From Octopus bimaculoides (taxonomy: Eukaryota), in contig NC_068993.1 in the NCBI RefSeq assembly GCF_001194135.2, positions 17,126,073-17,189,622 on the forward strand: a stretch of 63,550 bases of DNA. Direction: 5' to 3'. Shown piece after piece: positions 59,552 to 63,550 of this stretch. A program made the position numbers and the translations under genes. The notes beneath the pieces were generated by a model. That model ran no database searches and was not told where the DNA came from. It saw only the letters and a program-made list of their open reading frames with translations. Positions within the stretch are counted from its first letter, which is position 1; every line of letters begins with the position of its first letter.

Positions 59552-59761
59552 TTGTGTGTGTGTGTCTGTGTTTGTTTGTCCCCCCACCATCGCTTGACAA
59601 CCAATGCTGGTGTGTTTACATCCCCGTAACTTAGCAGTTTGGCAAAAGAGACCAATAGAATAAGTACTAGGCTTCCAAAGAAAAAGTCCTGGGGTCGATT
59701 TGCTCAACTACAGGCGGTGCTCCAGCATGGCTGCAGTCAAATGACTGAAACAAGTAAAAGA
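59353..59761 (+). mobile_element. SINE family A, full length
   Basis: High identity to 56944-57355. Confidence 0.9.
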
Positions 59762-59984
59762 GAGAGAGAGCACTTGTCTGGATTTTAACTAGAAGCCTGT
59801 ATTTCTAAAATATAGGAAATAACACTCATATACACTTGGCCACTGGCATGTGGATAGGTGCATTGCTACACTTTGTTTAAAAATACATGTTCTTAGTTCA
59901 AATCCAATCTAGTACCCTGCACACGTCCATGAATAAAACACCTGCTGATGACAGGAGTTCAAACTTAATGAAATGTGGTGCACA

Positions 59985-60240
59985 TCCAGGAATAACATAC
60001 TTGATGACATATGCAGCTGTTGTGGAAATGGTATAACAATCAGTGGGTCTAGGATTGGTCGGCTGACATTTGCAAACATTAGGTGATCTCCAACATGCAC
60101 TTAATGGGTTCACTGCCAAGTGTACAAGGCAAGAATGAGAATGCTGTGGAATCGGGGACATTGACCCCTTCAAGAAAGCCTTCCCAGTGCACCCTGTGTA
60201 TTAGTAGAGCATCAGTGAGACAAATAGAGAAGTTTATCTC
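59985..60240 (+). mobile_element. RTE-clade LINE reverse transcriptase remnant (5' part, upstream of the Tigger)
   Basis: NILDDICSCCGNGITISGSRIGRLTFANI resembles the RT segment DD..GI.I.G..I..L.FADD; GDLQHALNGF follows after a frameshift. Confidence 0.55.
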
Positions 60241-60286
60241 AGGGCTATATACATGAGTGTTGGGAGGCAGGATACAAAACTGAATA

Positions 60287-62289
60287 CAGTGATACCTCGC
60301 AGTACGAGTTTAATTCGATCCATGACCGAGCTCGTCTTATGATTTACTCATTTTACAAATCAGTTTTCCCCCATTGAAATTAACTAAAATGTAATTAAAG
60401 TGTTCCAGCCCCCAAAAGCCACTCAAAAATAATTTTTTTATGGGTTTTAAACAGAAAAGGTGTAGTTGCAAGTAAAATGACAATTATAAAAAAGAGAATG
60501 TAAAAGAAATATGTAAACTGGTTTTATAAACTAAATTAACAAATCATCCCATCTTTAAAGATGGGACGATTTGTATACAAGGAAGACGATAGAGTGGGGA
60601 AGAGGAAGATTACTGTGTGGAAGGAGAATCTCCTTCCATTAAGGCTTCATGAAGAACAAAATCTGGCATTTTCTCTCTCACTTCACTTAATTTAGGTTTT
60701 TTGGACACACTTTCTTCACTTTTTACATTTGCAGGTCATTTCATTAGAAACATATCAAGAAAGTTTACTTTTTCCTGCCTTTCAAAATGTTTTGAAAATG
60801 CACCATTAAATAAAGGAGCTGCACAACCTGTAGATACTTTTTCAGGATAATAATTTTTTGCAAATTCAGAAACATATTTGTCATTTTGCCAACACTGCCT
60901 GTATGTCACTTGTAAAGATAGCATTCTCCGCTACACTGACCTCCTCTGGGGAACCAATCTCTTGCACCACATCCAACTGCTGTTGCTCCTGAAGCTGTAA
61001 GAGTTCATCTGTCATAAGCTCCTCTGAGTGTTCCTTGACGAGATCGTTAATGTCCCCATCATCAACCTCGAGGTCATATTGATGATTTTCAGGCAGTTTA
61101 CAGTGTTATAGTGCTCCTTCCAAAACTCACAAAGGGTTAGATTTGTATTTTCACTGACTTCAAAGCACTGAGGAAACAGGTATTTGGTGTACAATTTCTT
61201 AAAATTAGAAATCACCTGTTGGTCCATGGGTTGCAAGATAGGGGTGATGTTGCATGAAAGCTACAGAACTTTTATAAATTTAAATTCGTTCAGGATATCA
61301 TCTTCAGGGTTAGGCAGGTCAGCAGGAGCATTGTCGAGGATGAGGAGGGCCTTGTGTCCTCCAGAAGGTACTTTTGCACTACTGATCCAAAGACAAATTT
61401 GACCCACTCGGAGAAGAATTGCCTGGTGACACAGGCTTTAACGTTCACCCTCCGCAATACTTGCAGCTTCTCCTTCAGGATTTTGTGCTACTTGAATGCT
61501 CGTGGGTTTTCAGAATAGTAGACAAGGAGTGGCTTAATCATCAAATCTCCACTCGCAATGGCACAAAGGGTGAGAGTTAACTTATCTTTCATAGGCTTGT
61601 GGCCTGGCATTTTCTTCTCTGCAGTAATGTAGGTCCTTCTGAGCCTTTTTTTTTTTTTCCCAAGAACGGTCAATTTCATCATAGTTGAATACTTGTTGTG
61701 CAATGTACCCCTCTGTTGCAATGAGCTGAACAGAATTCATGCATGAAATCTTCAGCTGCCTTGGTGTCAGAACTCACTACTTCTCCATACCTGACAACAC
61801 TATGAACAACAGTCCCAAACCAGCCACAACTGGCCTTAAATGCATCTGTTAATGTTTCTTCTGTTGATATTCCAGGGTTCTGCTTCAGAAGATCCCCATA
61901 CAGCACTCGTGCTTTCTCACAAATCGTAATCAGCTTTTTCTTCTTAACACTGTCCTTTGCACTAACCTTCATAGGACCCATGGCTAACACAACTAATTAT
62001 TATAAAATAATAGCAAAAAATACACAGAACTAAACAAAATCACTGGGAAAAACACAACAGTGATGCTGCCACAACAAGATAAAGATAAACATGTAAACTG
62101 ACTGACCAGAGACTGCACTTGTTCAGAGAGCTTGTGCGAGCTCAGCACTGACTAGCAGTCAGTCGCTTGTATGAAACATACTCATGCTGTGGATTTCCGC
62201 TCGCACTTCAAGACAAAAATTCACACGAGCCTTGGCTTGTACAGCAAATTACTTATACAATGGTGTGCTCATACTGCGAGGTTCTACTG
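60287..62289 (-). mobile_element. Tigger/pogo (Tc1/mariner) DNA transposon with fossil transposase
   Basis: TA-flanked TIRs CAGTGATACCTCGCAGTACGAG / CAGTAGAACCTCGCAGTATGAG. Broken minus-strand ORFs carry Tigger-type motifs FKASCGWF, PGHKPMKD.LTL.LCA.ASGD..KPLLVY.SENPRAFK and QPMDQQVISNFKKLY. Confidence 0.9.
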
Positions 62290-62291
62290 TA

Positions 62292-62590
62292 CTAGAAATC
62301 AAGTGCTGATATAGTAATATACCATCTCCAGCATTTGATCCTCAGAGGAAGAGAAGTTGGTAAAGAAGCCAAAGTCATTATCTTAAATTCAGTTTTCTAA
62401 TCCAAGGTCGTGAATGTTGGATAATAACCAAAAGAGGATGATTGCGAATTCAAGCAGCCAAAATGAGGTTCATCCAAAAGATCTACTTGACAAGGTGTGT
62501 AACTCAGAAATCCGGGAGTCTCTCCAGGTTGAGTCAAAACTTCTCTACAATGAGAGGTCATCATTCCAGTACTATGGACATGTAGTAACG
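62292..62590 (+). mobile_element. RTE-clade LINE remnant (3' part, downstream of the Tigger)
   Basis: QGRECWIITKRG*LRIQAAKMRF and DKVCNSEIRESLQVES...FQYYGHVV, typical of the RTE ORF C-terminus. Confidence 0.6.
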
Positions 62591-63550
62591 CCGTGCGCAT
62601 GTGTGGAATTAAACAAGCAAGCATTCCCGCTTTAATCTTTCTCTTTTACGGTCGGCCAACCATGAGCATGGACGTGCTAAGCTGTCTCTCTCCATCTTTC
62701 GGACTTACACTCGACAGCTCGCTTACAACTACATACCCACGTCCCAACAACTATGCTCACACACACAGAAGCTGTAACAACAAGAACTAAAGATGTATAT
62801 ATTTACCACCTAAATAAATGTTGTTTAAGTTGATAGTCTGGAGTTCAGCGTTCCGTTATATTCTAATTTTATAGTAGGAAAGTCAGGTATACATCTAAAG
62901 ATGTATAACCCTTCTTTCTACTAAAGTGGTGACCACGACGAAGAAAAAACGCAGCATGGACTCTGGACTACCAACTTATAACTGGTGAACCCGACTAAAG
63001 AACAAATATGGCCATGGAGACTGAATTATGTATTACCAACACCAACAAGCGCGGTTTTTATTCTCGCCTCTGTTAGAGTGGATGTTTCCACTCACGATAA
63101 AACAGACAAGAATTACAGCCTGCGACTTTCCAATTGTGTACTCAAAAAAAAGAACTTGGTATAAATCTCTCACATGTTCTGACTTTCTTTCTCCTGTGAT
63201 ATCTCACATAAATATAGACGGCCTGCTTTTTATCATGTTATATGTCGCATTCACACTCTCACATATACATACATCTTTTATGCCACACAATAACTCTTGT
63301 TATTCATTTCATACGGTTGTCTTTTCTATCGTTTCATTACTGGTATTTACGAATTCACTAATGTTCGTAGTATAATGTAATTACTTGTATATCATCTTTG
63401 ATATATATTTTGGTGTTCGACCGTGTGACACGTTTAAATAAAAGGAGTCCTCTGTTATTCCATTTGTGACCATTTCTCTTTTTTGAGTTCGCACGGTCGT
63501 TCTTTCATCTTGGGTTAAGAAAATTTTTCTTCGAGGTTTTCGCTAATGGT

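Noticed and set aside
62872-62923. Hairpin TAGTAGGAAAG...GTATACATCT-AA-AGATGTATA...CTTTCTACTA
   Set aside because: Single short hairpin in an unidentified repeat near the window edge; no function can be assigned.

Overview
AT-rich, repeat-dense animal genomic DNA with several N gaps. It is most likely an octopus, inferred from the SINE and microsatellite families, which I recognise from memory rather than from a search. The + strand carries the 3' eleven exons (4980-54157, 970 aa, 5'-incomplete) of a gp130/Domeless-like type I cytokine receptor: four FN3 modules (the first partial), one TM helix, Box1 and a ~550-aa tail. I assembled these exons by hand from splice sites and phases, and most are missed by the ORF track. 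The introns and flanks hold tRNA-derived SINEs, RTE LINE fragments, MITEs (hAT, Tc1/mariner, piggyBac-like) and a Penelope-like GIY-YIG fragment. A fossil Tigger/pogo transposon is nested in an RTE LINE 3' of the gene. The most unusual signal is at least three unrelated families of small, mostly fold-back intronic elements whose arms fold into hammerhead ribozyme cores (CUGANGA...GAAA plus stems I-III). One copy, on the pre-mRNA sense strand at 30239-30284, has all core nucleotides intact. Other points of interest: skipping the TM exon gives an immediate stop (a soluble decoy), the tail has no YxxQ STAT site, there is a GC-AG intron, several near-perfect dsRNA hairpins, and a 30-bp array 3' of the stop.
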